64,000 nt of DNA from Alphaproteobacteria bacterium (GCA_965232515.1 CBDDPY010000002.1:4448001-4512000), one strand, 5' to 3'; counted from the stretch's first letter, positions 46,119 through 56,855 are shown. Translations and numbers: made by a program. The notes: generated from the letters alone by a model not told the origin.

Positions 46119-46322
46119 ATGCGTAAGACACTTCTGGTCGGTTTGGCGGGCGCGTTCATGCTGGCCTCCGGCGCGGCTATGGCCGGCGGCGCGGGCGGTT
46201 GCGGCTGGGGCATCCACACCGCCCAAGGCAACGGCGAGCAGCAGACGGTCTCGACCGAGCTGGCCAATCCGACCAAGCCGTCGCAGACGGCCCAGGACGC
46301 CACCAAGGGCACCAAGGGCTAA
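46119..46322 (+). CDS. Small exported protein
   Basis: AAGGGG RBS; signal peptide MRKTLLVGLAGAFMLASGAAMA. Confidence 0.6.
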   Translation: MRKTLLVGLAGAFMLASGAAMAGGAGGCGWGIHTAQGNGEQQTVSTELANPTKPSQTAQDATKGTKG

Positions 46323-46493
46323 GCACGGATTCGCCGTTCTGAACGGCGATTGGAACTGCCGAAAGCGCGTCTGGATCGTGTGATACCGCTCCAGCGCGCT
46401 TTTTTTGCCCTTGAAATCGCATTTAACGAGAAATACCTGCGGTGCAATGCGAGCGCCACAGGATCGACATAATCAATTGCTAAAGTGATTCGC

Positions 46494-47339
46494 ATGGACG
46501 CACAGGCGCAGGCCTATCCGGCGGACCAGCCGGTCTTGCCGGAGGTGTTGGCGACGGCCGGCGAGTTGACGGTTCGGCTGGCCCGCACGGCGGAAGAGAT
46601 CGCGGCGGCGCAGGCGCTGCGTTACGAGGTGTTTTACAAAGAAATGGCAGCCGCGCCGACGCCGGAAATGGCGGCGCTCGAGCGTGACTTCGACCGGTTC
46701 GACGAGATCTGCGACATTCTGCTGGTGATCGACGGCGCCCGCCCGCCCGAGCAAGCCGTGGTTGGCACCTATCGTATGCTGCGCCAAGAGGTGGCTTGGG
46801 CCAACGACGGTTTCTATTCGGCCGACGAATACGATCTGACGCCGCTGTCGCGGCGGTTCAGCGAAAGCGAGCGCGGGTTGGAGTTGGGCCGCAGCTGCGT
46901 GCATCGCGACTATCGTTCGAACGCCACGATCCAGCTGCTGTGGCGCGCAATCGCCGAATACATGGCGACCTACAACATCGCCTGGATGTTCGGTTGCGCC
47001 AGCCTGCCCGGCACCGAGCCCGACGCACTCGCCGAGCCGCTGTCGTTTCTGCATCATCACTGCCTGGCGCCCGAGGACCTCCGGGTCCGCGCCGTACCCG
47101 ACCGTTATGTCGGGATGGACCGGCTGCCGGCCGAGGAGGTGTCGCCCCGCCGGGCGCTGGCCCTGCTGCCGCCGCTGATCAAAGGCTATCTGCGGCTTGG
47201 CGCGCATATCGGCGACGGCGCCGTAATCGATCCGCAGTTCGGCACCACCGACGTCTGCATCATCCTGCCGGTACGCCGCATCGGCCAGCGCTACTTCTCG
47301 CATTTCCGCCCCGGCGCCGAAGCCGGCGGCAAGGCATAG
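46494..47339 (+). CDS. olsB: GNAT-family ornithine-lipid N-acyltransferase
   Basis: AQALRYEVFY.EM, D.DRFD, VGTYR, ELGRSCV..DYR, LPPLIKGYLRLGA, D.QF.TTDV. Confidence 0.8.
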   Translation: MDAQAQAYPADQPVLPEVLATAGELTVRLARTAEEIAAAQALRYEVFYKEMAAAPTPEMAALERDFDRFDEICDILLVIDGARPPEQAVVGTYRMLRQEVAWANDGFYSADEYDLTPLSRRFSESERGLELGRSCVHRDYRSNATIQLLWRAIAEYMATYNIAWMFGCASLPGTEPDALAEPLSFLHHHCLAPEDLRVRAVPDRYVGMDRLPAEEVSPRRALALLPPLIKGYLRLGAHIGDGAVIDPQFGTTDVCIILPVRRIGQRYFSHFRPGAEAGGKA

Positions 47340-47399
47340 CCGTCCGACGCGGCTCTGCTAGACTTGCCGGCGATCGTCGTTCGCCGGATTCCTGACTTG

Positions 47400-48401
47400 A
47401 TGACAGCCGCCAGCGCCAGTTCCACCCGACCGGCCGCTGTAGCCGCGGGCCGGCTGGATGTGATCGACGCCGCCCGCGGCGGCGCCGTCGGCCTGATGGT
47501 GGTCTATCACCTGTGCTGGGATCTTTCCTATTTCGGCTTCGTGCAGTTCGACCTGCTGACCAATCCCTGGTGGCTGGCGTTCCGAACCCTGATCCTTGGC
47601 TCGTTTCTGGCCATCGCCGGATTCGTGCAGGTCCTGGCCCATGGCAATGGCGTCCGTCCCTTGCCGTTCCTGCGGCGCCTCGGCCTGTTGGTGGCGAGCG
47701 CCGCGGCGATCACGTTGGCCAGTTGGCTGGTTTTTCCGGACAGCTACATTTTCTTCGGCGTGCTGCATTGCCTGGCGCTGGCCAGCCTGCTGACGCTCGG
47801 CGTCCAGCGCTTGCCGGCGCCGTTGATCCTCGCCGCCGCGGCCTTCTGCATCGTGGCGCCGGCGTTGTTCGCGCAGCCGTTCTTCGACCGTCCCTGGCTG
47901 TACTGGCTTGGCCTGGTCACCGAGACGCCGGTCTCGAACGACTATGTGCCGATGCTGCCCTGGTTCGGTGTCACGCTGCTGGGTGTCGCTGCCGGCCGGT
48001 TCGCGGCCGTCGATCTCGACAGCCGGCTGCCGGCCGTCGGCTGGCGGTCACGCCGTCCGGCCGAGCGGGCGTTGTGCTGGTCCGGCCGCCACAGCCTGCT
48101 GGTCTATCTGGTGCACCAACCGGTCCTGCTCGGCCTGCTCTACGCCGCCACATTGGTCGTCGAGGTCGAGCGGCCGGACGCGCTCTCCCAGGCCAAGGCG
48201 GCCTTCGCCCGCGACTGCTATGCCAGTTGCGTACCGACCGCCAACGCGGCGACCCCGCCGCTCGACTGCGGGGCCTATTGCGCCTGCATTGGCGATGGCC
48301 TGACGGTCGCCGATCTCTGGCCGCAGGTATTGGAGAACAATCTGACGAGGTTGCAGGAAAGCCGTATTGCTGGCCTGGTGGCGCAGTGCATGCGGCCGTG
48401 A
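47400..48401 (+). CDS. DUF1624/heparan-alpha-glucosaminide N-acetyltransferase-like membrane protein with Cys-rich C-terminal tail
   Basis: RLD.ID..RG.A..LM..YH..WD, FFGVLH, DYVP..PW, GRHSL..YL.HQP. Confidence 0.82.
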   Translation: MTAASASSTRPAAVAAGRLDVIDAARGGAVGLMVVYHLCWDLSYFGFVQFDLLTNPWWLAFRTLILGSFLAIAGFVQVLAHGNGVRPLPFLRRLGLLVASAAAITLASWLVFPDSYIFFGVLHCLALASLLTLGVQRLPAPLILAAAAFCIVAPALFAQPFFDRPWLYWLGLVTETPVSNDYVPMLPWFGVTLLGVAAGRFAAVDLDSRLPAVGWRSRRPAERALCWSGRHSLLVYLVHQPVLLGLLYAATLVVEVERPDALSQAKAAFARDCYASCVPTANAATPPLDCGAYCACIGDGLTVADLWPQVLENNLTRLQESRIAGLVAQCMRP

Positions 48402-48603
48402 CGGCCGCCGGAACGCGTCGGATCGATCAGGACACGAGAAGCAGCGGCGCCCAGATCAGCAGGGCCACGACGAGGCCTGCCCACAGCAGCACCAGGGTCC
48501 GCGAGATATCTTCGACACGCTGCGCCGTGGCCTGCTCGATGGCGGTATTTCCCTCAAACATCGGCATCGCCGATATCGGGTTTTTGCGGCGCGCGAACAT
48601 CGC

Positions 48604-48924
48604 CTATGCAGCCAGACGCAGCGGGGAAAAAGGGCGCGCGGTCGGCCGGCTGACGGTCTCCATGCTCTGTGACCCGTGTTGCCGCCACCAGGCGTCGAAA
48701 TGCTGTTCGGCCGTGCCGTCGCCGTCGCGCAGCCAGGCCAGCTCGTAAATCTCGCCGCCCCATAGTTCGAGCACGGCGTCGAAGTCCCGTCCGCGAAGCA
48801 CGAAATTCTCCGAGTCCGCGTCCAGGCGCGCGAAAACGTCGCCCGGCAGATTGCGTCGCTCGTCCCACTCCAGATCGAGGGACTCGTGAAGCGCGATGAT
48901 CTTGTCGATAGCGGTGTCGAACAT
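48604..48924 (-). CDS. Hypothetical protein
   Basis: GGGGAG RBS before MFDTAIDK; coding-like codon usage. Confidence 0.55.
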   Translation of the reverse strand: MFDTAIDKIIALHESLDLEWDERRNLPGDVFARLDADSENFVLRGRDFDAVLELWGGEIYELAWLRDGDGTAEQHFDAWWRQHGSQSMETVSRPTARPFSPLRLAA

Positions 48925-49151
48925 GGTGGTCTCCCCGGACTGGCGCACTGACGTGCCGTGTCTCCTCAGCTGTTCGAATATTTGGGGCCAGACGCGCCGA
49001 AATTGTGTGAGGGTTTTCACAAACCGGCGCTTTTTCGGGAAAAATCGTAAATCGGCGGGGCATGCGCCCGCCGCAGACCCGGTTTTGTGCTGGCCCGCCG
49101 TTCGTTCCGCGCTAGGCTGAACGGAGGCCCGCAGCCAGACCCGGAGGTCCG

Positions 49152-49502
49152 ATGATCAAGCGCATCTCTCTCCTGACCCGCAAGCCCGGCATGTCGCGGA
49201 AAGACTTCAACAAATACTGGCTGGAGGTGCATGGACCGATGGTGCGGACGCTGCCGAATGTTCGGCAGTATATCCAGAACCACATTGTCGACGACGCGCA
49301 CCGGCACGATCTGCCGACCGGGGGTCAGGCCGTCGACGGCATCGTCGAATTCTGGTTCGACAGCGTGGAAGACATGGACGCCTGCTTCGCCACGCCCGAA
49401 GCCAAGGCCTGCTTCGCCGACGGCGCCAAGTTCATCGAAACGGTCACGACCTACGTGATCGAGGAGCACAAGGTCATCCCCGACACGACCGGCGTCGTCT
49501 AA
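49152..49502 (+). CDS. EthD-family protein
   Basis: RKPGMS..DF..YW...HGP, Y.QN, DGI.E.WFDS, D...F. Confidence 0.87.
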   Translation: MIKRISLLTRKPGMSRKDFNKYWLEVHGPMVRTLPNVRQYIQNHIVDDAHRHDLPTGGQAVDGIVEFWFDSVEDMDACFATPEAKACFADGAKFIETVTTYVIEEHKVIPDTTGVV

Positions 49503-49530
49503 CTGTCAGTGGTCTGTCAGTGGCCGGTCG

Positions 49531-50286
49531 TCAGACGACGGTGATGCCGCTGTCGACCGGGATCACCTGGCCCGTGGTGATGCGCGCTTCATCGGACGCG
49601 AGGTACAGCGCCGCGTAGGCGATGTCCTCCGGCTCGCCGATGCCGAGCAGGTGCGTGTTGAGCTGCTTTTCCAGCGCCGGATCGGCATCGACCAGCGCCT
49701 GCACCCGCGGCGTGCGCGTGGTCGACGGCGCGATGGCGTTCACGCGGATGTTGTGCGCGGCGTACTCCGCAGCCATCGACCGGGTCATGGCGGCGACGCC
49801 GCCTTTCGCCGCCGTGTAGCAATCGCGCCCGGGGATCGCCATCAGGGCGACGTTCGAGCTCATGTTGATGACCGAGCCGCCGCCGGCCTTGATCAACTCG
49901 GGAATGCCGTATTTGCAGCCAAGGAAGGTGCCGAACAGGTCCAGCGAGATCGCCCGCCAGAACTCTTCGACCGGCGCCTCGGTGACAGGCCCGTCCCGCG
50001 ACGTCGAGCCGCCGGCATTGTTGTAGACGATGTCCAGCCGCCCGAAGGCCTCGACCGCGGCGGCGACCATCGCTTCGACGCTTTCCGGCTTGGTCACGTC
50101 GGTCTGGACGAACAGGCCCTTGCCGCCATCCGCCTCGATCTGCTGTAACGTCTCCTCGCCGCCGGCCGCATCGATATCGGCGATGGCGACCTTCGCGCCC
50201 TCGCGGGCAAACAGCACCGCGGCCGCCCGGCCGATGCCGGAACCGCCGCCGGTGATGAACCCCGCCTTGCCGTCAAGCCGACCCAT
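49531..50286 (-). CDS. Short-chain dehydrogenase/reductase
   Basis: TGGGSGIG, NNAG, YTAAKGG. Confidence 0.92.
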   Translation of the reverse strand: MGRLDGKAGFITGGGSGIGRAAAVLFAREGAKVAIADIDAAGGEETLQQIEADGGKGLFVQTDVTKPESVEAMVAAAVEAFGRLDIVYNNAGGSTSRDGPVTEAPVEEFWRAISLDLFGTFLGCKYGIPELIKAGGGSVINMSSNVALMAIPGRDCYTAAKGGVAAMTRSMAAEYAAHNIRVNAIAPSTTRTPRVQALVDADPALEKQLNTHLLGIGEPEDIAYAALYLASDEARITTGQVIPVDSGITVV

Positions 50287-50303
50287 GCCGTGTCTCCCTT
50301 GCG

Positions 50304-51362
50304 TCAAATGGCGTCCGCGATGGCCTTGCCCAATTCGGCTGTCGTCGCCTGGCCGCCGAGATCGGGCGTGCGGACCGCTGCTTCGGCCAGGACGGTCTCA
50401 ATTGCAGCGACGATGGCTTGCGCCGCATCCGTATGCCCCAGATGCTCCAGCATCATGGCGCCGGTCCAGATCTGTGCGATCGGATTGGCCACGCCCTTGC
50501 CCGCGATGTCGGGCGCCGAGCCGTGCACCGGCTCGAACATCGAGGGATAGTCGCCCTCGGGATTGATATTGGCGGCCGGCGCCAGGCCCATGCCGCCGAC
50601 CACGGCGGCGCCGAGATCCGACAGGATGTCGCCGAACAGGTTGCTGCCGACCACGACGTCGAACCAGTCGGGGTGCTGCACGAAATGCGCCGACAGGATG
50701 TCGATATGGAACTGGTCGACCGTTACGTCGGCATAGTCCGGCGACAGCGCGGCGACCCGCTCGTCCCAATAGGGCATGGTGTGGATGATGCCGTTCGATT
50801 TGGTTGCGGACGTGAGATGTTTGGCGGGGCGCTTCTGCGCCAGATCGAACGCGTAGCGCAGGATGCGGTCGACGCCATGCCGGCTGAATACCGATTCCTG
50901 CACCACCATTTCCTGCGGCGTGCCGGCATAGATCCGGCCGCCCATCTCGGAATATTCGCCCTCGTTGTTTTCGCGCACGATCAGGAAGTCGATGTCGCCG
51001 GCCTTGCGGTCTGCCAGCGGCGTCTGCACGCCGTCGAACAGCTTGATCGGCCGCAGATTGGCGTACTGCTGAAACGCGCGACGGATCGGGATCAGCAGTC
51101 CCCATAGTGAGATATGGTCGGGCACGCCCGGGTAGCCGACGGCGCCGAGGAAGATCGCATCGAACCGACCGAGTTGCTCGATACCGTCTGCCGGCATCAT
51201 CTCGCCGGACTGTAGATAGGTTTCGCAACTCCACGGAAACTCGGTCCATTCATAGCTGAGGCCGAACTTGCCGCCGACTTTCTCCAGCACCGTGACCGCC
51301 TCCGGCACGACTTCTTTGCCGATGCCGTCCCCGGCGATGACGGCGATCTTGTGATGCGTCAT
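50304..51362 (-). CDS. ttuC: Tartrate dehydrogenase/decarboxylase (D-malate dehydrogenase) family
   Basis: GDGIGKEV, VPDHISLWGLL, RENNEGEYS, ATKSNG, SNLFGDILSD, FEPVHGSAPDI. Confidence 0.88.
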   Translation of the reverse strand: MTHHKIAVIAGDGIGKEVVPEAVTVLEKVGGKFGLSYEWTEFPWSCETYLQSGEMMPADGIEQLGRFDAIFLGAVGYPGVPDHISLWGLLIPIRRAFQQYANLRPIKLFDGVQTPLADRKAGDIDFLIVRENNEGEYSEMGGRIYAGTPQEMVVQESVFSRHGVDRILRYAFDLAQKRPAKHLTSATKSNGIIHTMPYWDERVAALSPDYADVTVDQFHIDILSAHFVQHPDWFDVVVGSNLFGDILSDLGAAVVGGMGLAPAANINPEGDYPSMFEPVHGSAPDIAGKGVANPIAQIWTGAMMLEHLGHTDAAQAIVAAIETVLAEAAVRTPDLGGQATTAELGKAIADAI

Positions 51363-51774
51363 GTGTTCCTTCCCCGACCGCCGCGGCGGCATGTCAAACG
51401 ATTGACGAACGGTAGCATATCGCGCCCATCCGCTTATGCGCCTGCCGCATGGCGGCATGCGGAACCGCTGGTTGACGGCGGTGAGTTATCGCTTAGCTTT
51501 TGTACGTCACCTGTCAGCCTGCGCGCGTCGTCCTGTCGTCGCGTCCCTTCAGCGAAAATTGGATAGGCATGTTCAGAGTGGGATTGAGCCTCGCGGGCGC
51601 GGGGCTGATTTTCTATCTTTTCGCGTTTCAGTTCAGCAACATGTTTGCCTGACGCGCGTCAGCGGACTGCTTCGTATCCTCACGCCGCAAATTGTTGCCG
51701 TTCTTTAACTTTCGTTAACTCTGTCGGCGCAGGATGGATGTCAGTTGACGATATCCAAGACGAATCGGCGCGCC

Positions 51775-52038
51775 ATGACGCATTTCCTCGTCACCGACGA
51801 CAATCCAAACGGCCACCGGCTGGAAGACATCTTGTTGTTGCTGCGCAAGGATATCGTTCTGCGCGCCACCAAGCTGGTCGACGATCAGCGGCCCGAGGCG
51901 CGGCACGTGCTCGAGAACAACATTCGCATCCTCGGTTTGCTCTCGGAATGCGTCAATCTGGCCGAGGACAGCACCAAGCTGCTCGACAAGAGCTTCGGGC
52001 CAAGCGTGCCCGGAAAACACCGCGTCGGCGCGCCTTGA
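51775..52038 (+). CDS. Hypothetical small protein
   Basis: Helical 87-aa ORF with host-like codon usage. Confidence 0.6.
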   Translation: MTHFLVTDDNPNGHRLEDILLLLRKDIVLRATKLVDDQRPEARHVLENNIRILGLLSECVNLAEDSTKLLDKSFGPSVPGKHRVGAP

Positions 52039-52315
52039 GCGAACGTGACTCCCGCCGGCGGCGTTTCGCCGCGTTTATCGGCGCCAACCTTGAAGTTGCC
52101 GCCGCACGCCATGGGCTTTCGCGGGTCGTCATCGAAAAACAGCACGGTGAATCAAATTGTTATCAAACTGGTTGAAACAGTTGTGAAGTGTGACCTTGGT
52201 CACCCGACAATTGGTTAACGCGTCCCATATGTAACTCCAGACGGCTGGAATGGATCAATTCGCGTTCAAAGCCGTTGTCACAGTTATTCAGTCCAATCGA
52301 GGAAAGGAGAAAGCG

Positions 52316-52663
52316 ATGACGAAGAAGGCAAACGGGAACGTCGGCCTGGTCGCGCGTCTGTCCGCCTCGGTCGGCTTCGTGGCTGCGCTGCTCGTTGGTG
52401 GTGCGATTGCCACCGCGGATCCGGCTGCGGCACAAACCATCTGCGGCGAACGCGCCGATTTTCTAAGCCAGTTGCAGAAGCGTCACGGTGAGACGCCGAG
52501 CTCCATCGGCTTGTCGAGCTCGGGCCAGGTTCTCGAAGTGCTGACCTCGAAGGAAGGCACCTGGACGATCCTGATGACCAGTCCGCAGGGTAAGACCTGC
52601 CTGGTCGCGGCCGGCGAGGCCTGGGAGAACCTGCCGAAGGTCGCGCTGGGGCCGGCTGCATAA
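52316..52663 (+). CDS. Hypothetical exported protein (two Cys)
   Basis: AAGGAG RBS; signal peptide; CG.R...L...HGE.P...G...G..LE...S..GTWT......G.TCL..AG..W. Confidence 0.75.
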   Translation: MTKKANGNVGLVARLSASVGFVAALLVGGAIATADPAAAQTICGERADFLSQLQKRHGETPSSIGLSSSGQVLEVLTSKEGTWTILMTSPQGKTCLVAAGEAWENLPKVALGPAA

Positions 52664-52710
52664 GGCAAACACCAACGTTCCCGCCGAACGATACGGCGGG
52701 GTCGCATCGG

Positions 52711-52739
52711 ACGGCGGCTTTCCATGGAAGCCGCCGTTT
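52711..52739 (+). terminator. Putative intrinsic terminator hairpin
   Basis: acggcggctt-N7-aagccgccgt GC-rich stem followed by a short T run, downstream of the exported-protein gene. Confidence 0.55.
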
Positions 52740-52800
52740 CGATTCGCGCCGGACGGTGTCCGTACTTCCTATTCATGGGCATGCCGCTTAAGTGAGACGC

Positions 52801-53250
52801 ATGCGGCTCTGCCTTTTCACTCTGCTTGTCGGTCTCGGGTTGGCGCCGGCCATGCCCTCAGCCGCCGACATCGCCGGATACGCGATTGTTCAGGACGATG
52901 CGACCCTGAAGCTGCGTCATCATCGCATTCGGCTGGCCGGGATCTATCTGCCGCCCACGGGCCGCGATTGCCGCACCAACGTGCGGCCGGCGCGGTGCGC
53001 GTCGCGGGCTGCGCTGGCGCTCGAGTTCAAGGCGCGGGGCCGGATCGTTTGCGAAGGCGAAACACGCAATGCGGACGGCACGGTCACGGCGACCTGCCGG
53101 ACACGCGAGGTCGATCTCTCGGCCTATCTGATTGAGATGGGCTGGGCCGTGGCGCTGCCGGATGCGCCGTTCGAATACAAGACCCTGGAACGGATCGCGC
53201 GCGACCGCGGGCTCGGCGTCTGGGGCTTTCAGGTCGATACGGTCCGCTAG
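52801..53250 (+). CDS. Thermonuclease (SNase)-like exported protein
   Basis: Signal peptide; D..TL, IRL.GI, GWA, E..AR....G.W. Confidence 0.75.
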   Translation: MRLCLFTLLVGLGLAPAMPSAADIAGYAIVQDDATLKLRHHRIRLAGIYLPPTGRDCRTNVRPARCASRAALALEFKARGRIVCEGETRNADGTVTATCRTREVDLSAYLIEMGWAVALPDAPFEYKTLERIARDRGLGVWGFQVDTVR

Positions 53251-53270
53251 CCGGACCGTCAGGCGGCGCG

Positions 53271-53537
53271 CTAGTTCCGGCGGCCGAATCGGCGCAGGCA
53301 ATCGTCGTATTCGTCGCGCGCCGCGCTGCTGAGATCGACGCCGAGCGAGCCCACGAACTCACCGTCCAACGGATCGTCGATGGTCGGCCGCAGGCGCGCC
53401 GCGTCGCGCGCCGCCAGCTCGTAGCAATAGTCCCGGGCGTGCACGCGGGCGCTTTCTTCGTCGCTGATCAAGCCGCAACCGGCCAACGCCAGTATGACGA
53501 CGGGCGGTGCAAAGATGTGAACGCGAAACCGGCGCAT
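53271..53537 (-). CDS. Putative small lipoprotein
   Basis: Basic N-terminus, hydrophobic core, lipobox LAGC. Confidence 0.5.
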   Translation of the reverse strand: MRRFRVHIFAPPVVILALAGCGLISDEESARVHARDYCYELAARDAARLRPTIDDPLDGEFVGSLGVDLSSAARDEYDDCLRRFGRRN

Positions 53538-53761
53538 ATCCTGATCGCTTCGATGTCCAAGCAAGTGTGACGACGTGATTTGCCAGGCTCGTTTCCGCCC
53601 GGCCATTGGCAAGGCATGTGTACGCTCGCCATTGGCATGTCAAGCCGCACGCAAAACGGTCACGCACCATAACACAGCGCCCGGCGGAGGTTGCTATGAT
53701 TGCCGGACCGATCATCGGATTGTGACCTTTTTGAGTGAGGCTTGCGGGCAAGGGAGGCGTG

Positions 53762-55297
53762 ATGAACCAGGCAGGCGTATTGGCCAACACGGCGCGGACG
53801 TTCGGCGACCGGCCGGCGGTGGCGGTCGGCCAGGAGGTACGGCTGAGCTATGGCGAGCTGGCGTCGCGGGCGGCCCGATTGGCCGGCGCACTGACCGGCC
53901 GCTTCGGCCTGAAGCCGGGCGAGCGCGTCGCCATCGCGATGAAGAACTGCGCGGAATATTTCGAAGTCTGGTACGGCATCTGGTGGGCCGGCCTGTGCGC
54001 CGTGCCGATCAACGCCAAGCTGCACCAGCGCGAGTTCGCCTACATCATCGAAAATTCCGGTGCGCGGCTCTGTTTCGCGACGCCGGATCTGGCCGGAATG
54101 ATCGCCGAGTTGCAGGGCGAGATCGAGACGCTGGACGCCGTCGTCAGCACCGATACGCCGGACTATGCCGCCTGCTTTGCCGGCCACGCGGCGTCGATCG
54201 CCATTGGCGCGCCCGATCATCTGGCCTGGCTGTTCTATACCTCAGGTACGACGGGGCGGCCCAAGGGCGCCATGCTGACCAACCGGAATCTGCTGGCGAA
54301 CGTGATGAACTATTTCGCCGACGTCGACACCATCACGCCGGCCGACTGCATGATCCACTGCGCGCCGTTGAGCCATGGCTCGGGCTGCTATGCGCTGCCG
54401 CACGTGGCCAAGGCCGCCTGCAACGTGGTGCCGGAAAGCGGCGGCTACAATCCGGCCGAGACGCTCGAGCTGATTGCGGCTTGGCCGTACTGCAGCTTCT
54501 TCTTCGCGCCGACCATGGTGACCCGCCTGGTCGGCGCGAACGCCTCGGGAAAGGCGGATACGTCGAACCTGAAGGCCATCATCTATGGCGGCGGGCCGAT
54601 GTATGTGGAGGATGTCTTGAAGGCCCTCGACGTCTTCGGGCCCAAGCTGGTGCAGATCTACGGCCAGGGCGAGGCGCCCATGACCATCACCGGCCTGTCG
54701 AAGGCGATGCATGCGGATACCGGGCATCCGCGCTATCTCGACCGTCTCGGTTCGACCGGTATCGCCCGCACCGACGTCCAGGTCCGCGTCGTCGATGCCG
54801 AGGATCGTGAGCTGCCGCCCGGCGAGATGGGTGAGGTGGTCTGTCGTGGCGACGTGGTCATGGCCGGCTACTGGAGCAATCCGCAGGCCACGGCCGACGC
54901 CCTGCGCGGCGGTTGGCTGCATACCGGCGATGTCGGCGTGTTCGATGCGGACGGCTTCCTGACGCTGAAAGACCGTTCGAAGGACATGATCATTTCCGGC
55001 GGCACCAATATCTATCCGCGCGAGATCGAGGAAGTGTTGCTGCGCCATGCCGGCGTGCTGGAGTGCTCTGTAGTTGGCCGACCGCATGCCGACTGGGGCG
55101 AGGAGGTCGTCGCTTTCGTCGTCGCCCGCGACGGGGTCGAGCTGGCGACCGACGAACTCGACCGGTTGTGTCTCGACAATATCGCCCGCTTCAAGCGGCC
55201 AAAGGACTATCGTCTCGTCGACGCCCTGCCGAAGAACAATTACGGCAAGGTGCTGAAGACCGAGCTGCGTGAGTGGCTGGAGAACAAATCGGGCTAG
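53762..55297 (+). CDS. AMP-dependent acyl-CoA ligase
   Basis: YTSGTTGRPKG, YGQGE, GWLHTGD, DR.KDMIISGG.NIYP.E.E, PKNNYGK. Confidence 0.93.
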   Translation: MNQAGVLANTARTFGDRPAVAVGQEVRLSYGELASRAARLAGALTGRFGLKPGERVAIAMKNCAEYFEVWYGIWWAGLCAVPINAKLHQREFAYIIENSGARLCFATPDLAGMIAELQGEIETLDAVVSTDTPDYAACFAGHAASIAIGAPDHLAWLFYTSGTTGRPKGAMLTNRNLLANVMNYFADVDTITPADCMIHCAPLSHGSGCYALPHVAKAACNVVPESGGYNPAETLELIAAWPYCSFFFAPTMVTRLVGANASGKADTSNLKAIIYGGGPMYVEDVLKALDVFGPKLVQIYGQGEAPMTITGLSKAMHADTGHPRYLDRLGSTGIARTDVQVRVVDAEDRELPPGEMGEVVCRGDVVMAGYWSNPQATADALRGGWLHTGDVGVFDADGFLTLKDRSKDMIISGGTNIYPREIEEVLLRHAGVLECSVVGRPHADWGEEVVAFVVARDGVELATDELDRLCLDNIARFKRPKDYRLVDALPKNNYGKVLKTELREWLENKSG

Positions 55298-55329
55298 GGT
55301 CCGCGGGAAGCGCCATCAGGGAGGCAGGC

Positions 55330-56124
55330 ATGGCCGGACGCATGCAGGACAAGGTGGTCATCGTGACCGGGGCCGGTTCCGTGGGGCCGGGCTGGGGCAA
55401 CGGCAAGGCGTCGGCCGTGACGTACGCCCGCGAAGGCGCGAAGGTGTTTTGTGTCGACCGCAACGAAGATGCCGCCGACGAGACCCGAAGCATTATCGAG
55501 AACGAGGGATTTGCGGCCGTCGCGCATGCCTGCGATGTCGCCGACGAGGCGCAGGTCGAGACCATGGTGTCGGCGTGCCGCGGGGCTTACCGCAGGGTCG
55601 ACGTGCTGCACAACAATGTCGGCATCGCCGGCCTGGGCGGGCCGGTCGAGACCTCGCTCGCCGATTGGCGTCGGGTGATGGACGTGAACGTCACTTCCAT
55701 GTTCCTGACCTGCAAGCGCGTGATCCCGCTGTTCCTGGCGCAGGGCGGGGGCGCCATCGTCAACATCTCCTCACTGTCGGCGGTGAAGGCGGCACGGCCC
55801 GAACTGGCCTATGCCGCCTCGAAAGGCGCGGTGAACAGCCTGACCATCAACATCGCCATGGAGTATGCCAACCGCAACATCCGCTGCAACGCGATCCTGC
55901 CGGGCTTGATGGAAACGCCGATGGTGAAAGCGTTCCAGGGCGGCGGCGCGCCGGATGAGCTCGAGGCCGTCATGGCGAAACGGCATGCCTTGTCGCCGAC
56001 CGGCCGCATGGGCGAAGGCTGGGATGTGGCGCATGCTGCCGTCTATCTGGCGTCCGACGAAGCGCGCTATGTCAATGGCGTGCTGTTCTACGTGGATGCA
56101 GGCCTGCAATACCGGGTCGGCTGA
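55330..56124 (+). CDS. Short-chain dehydrogenase/reductase
   Basis: TGAGSVGPGWGNG, NNVG, YAASKGA. Confidence 0.92.
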   Translation: MAGRMQDKVVIVTGAGSVGPGWGNGKASAVTYAREGAKVFCVDRNEDAADETRSIIENEGFAAVAHACDVADEAQVETMVSACRGAYRRVDVLHNNVGIAGLGGPVETSLADWRRVMDVNVTSMFLTCKRVIPLFLAQGGGAIVNISSLSAVKAARPELAYAASKGAVNSLTINIAMEYANRNIRCNAILPGLMETPMVKAFQGGGAPDELEAVMAKRHALSPTGRMGEGWDVAHAAVYLASDEARYVNGVLFYVDAGLQYRVG

Positions 56125-56132
56125 CGGCGCGC

Positions 56133-56855
56133 TTACTCCGTCGCCATCTGACCCGAGGGCCGGTCGAGCGCGTAGCCGGCGGCGCGCACGGTGCGGATCA
56201 GATCGGCGCCGCCGCTGTCGTTCAAGGCCTTGCGCAGGCGGCGGATATGCACATCAACGGTACGCGGCTCGACATAGGCGTCCTCGCCCCAGACCGCGTC
56301 CAGAATGCGCTCGCGGCTGAACACGCGGCCAGGATTCTCCAGGAAGTGACGCAGCAATCGGAACTCGGTCGGACCCAGATGCACCTCCCGGCCGTTCCGG
56401 GTCACCCGGTGGGCGGCCAGATCGAGCCGGACATCGGCGAAGCTGAGCTCGTCGGCCGAGGTCGCCGGGCGGCTGCGGCGCAGCACCGCGCGGATCCGGG
56501 CGATCAGCTCCTTCGGCGAAAACGGCTTGGTGATGTAGTCGTCGGCGCCGGTCTCGAGTCCGCGCAGCCGGTCGGCCTCCTCGCCGCGGGCGGTCAGCAT
56601 GATCACCGGTAGGCGCGCCGTCACCTTGTTGCGCCGGATCTGGCGGCAGATCTCGATGCCCGAGACCTCGGGCAACATCCAGTCCAGCACCACAAGGTCG
56701 GGCAAACGCTCGGCGATCATGGTCAAGCCTTCGTCGCCGTCCATGGCGGCGCGCACGTCGAAGCCGGCCTTCTCCAGGTTATACGTCAGCAACGTCACCA
56801 GCGCTGCTTCGTCTTCCACAAGCAGGATCGAGGGTTTCATGGTGCCGTTGATCAT
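56133..56855 (-). CDS. phoB: Phosphate regulon response regulator PhoB
   Basis: LDWMLP, MLTARGEE.D, GADDY.TKPFS, LGPTEFRLL, RTVDVHIRRLRK; operon context. Confidence 0.96.
   Translation of the reverse strand: MINGTMKPSILLVEDEAALVTLLTYNLEKAGFDVRAAMDGDEGLTMIAERLPDLVVLDWMLPEVSGIEICRQIRRNKVTARLPVIMLTARGEEADRLRGLETGADDYITKPFSPKELIARIRAVLRRSRPATSADELSFADVRLDLAAHRVTRNGREVHLGPTEFRLLRHFLENPGRVFSRERILDAVWGEDAYVEPRTVDVHIRRLRKALNDSGGADLIRTVRAAGYALDRPSGQMATE

Noticed and set aside
49503-49523. ctgtcagtggt-ctgtcagtgg 11-bp-period repeat resembling a PHO box
   Set aside because: It lies between convergent stop codons with no downstream gene start; more likely chance or a small duplication.
51705-51719. TTAA-N6-TTAAC resembling a CtrA site (also TTAA-N7-TTGC near 40827)
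   Set aside because: Spacing or second half-site deviates from TTAA-N7-TTAA; not supportable.
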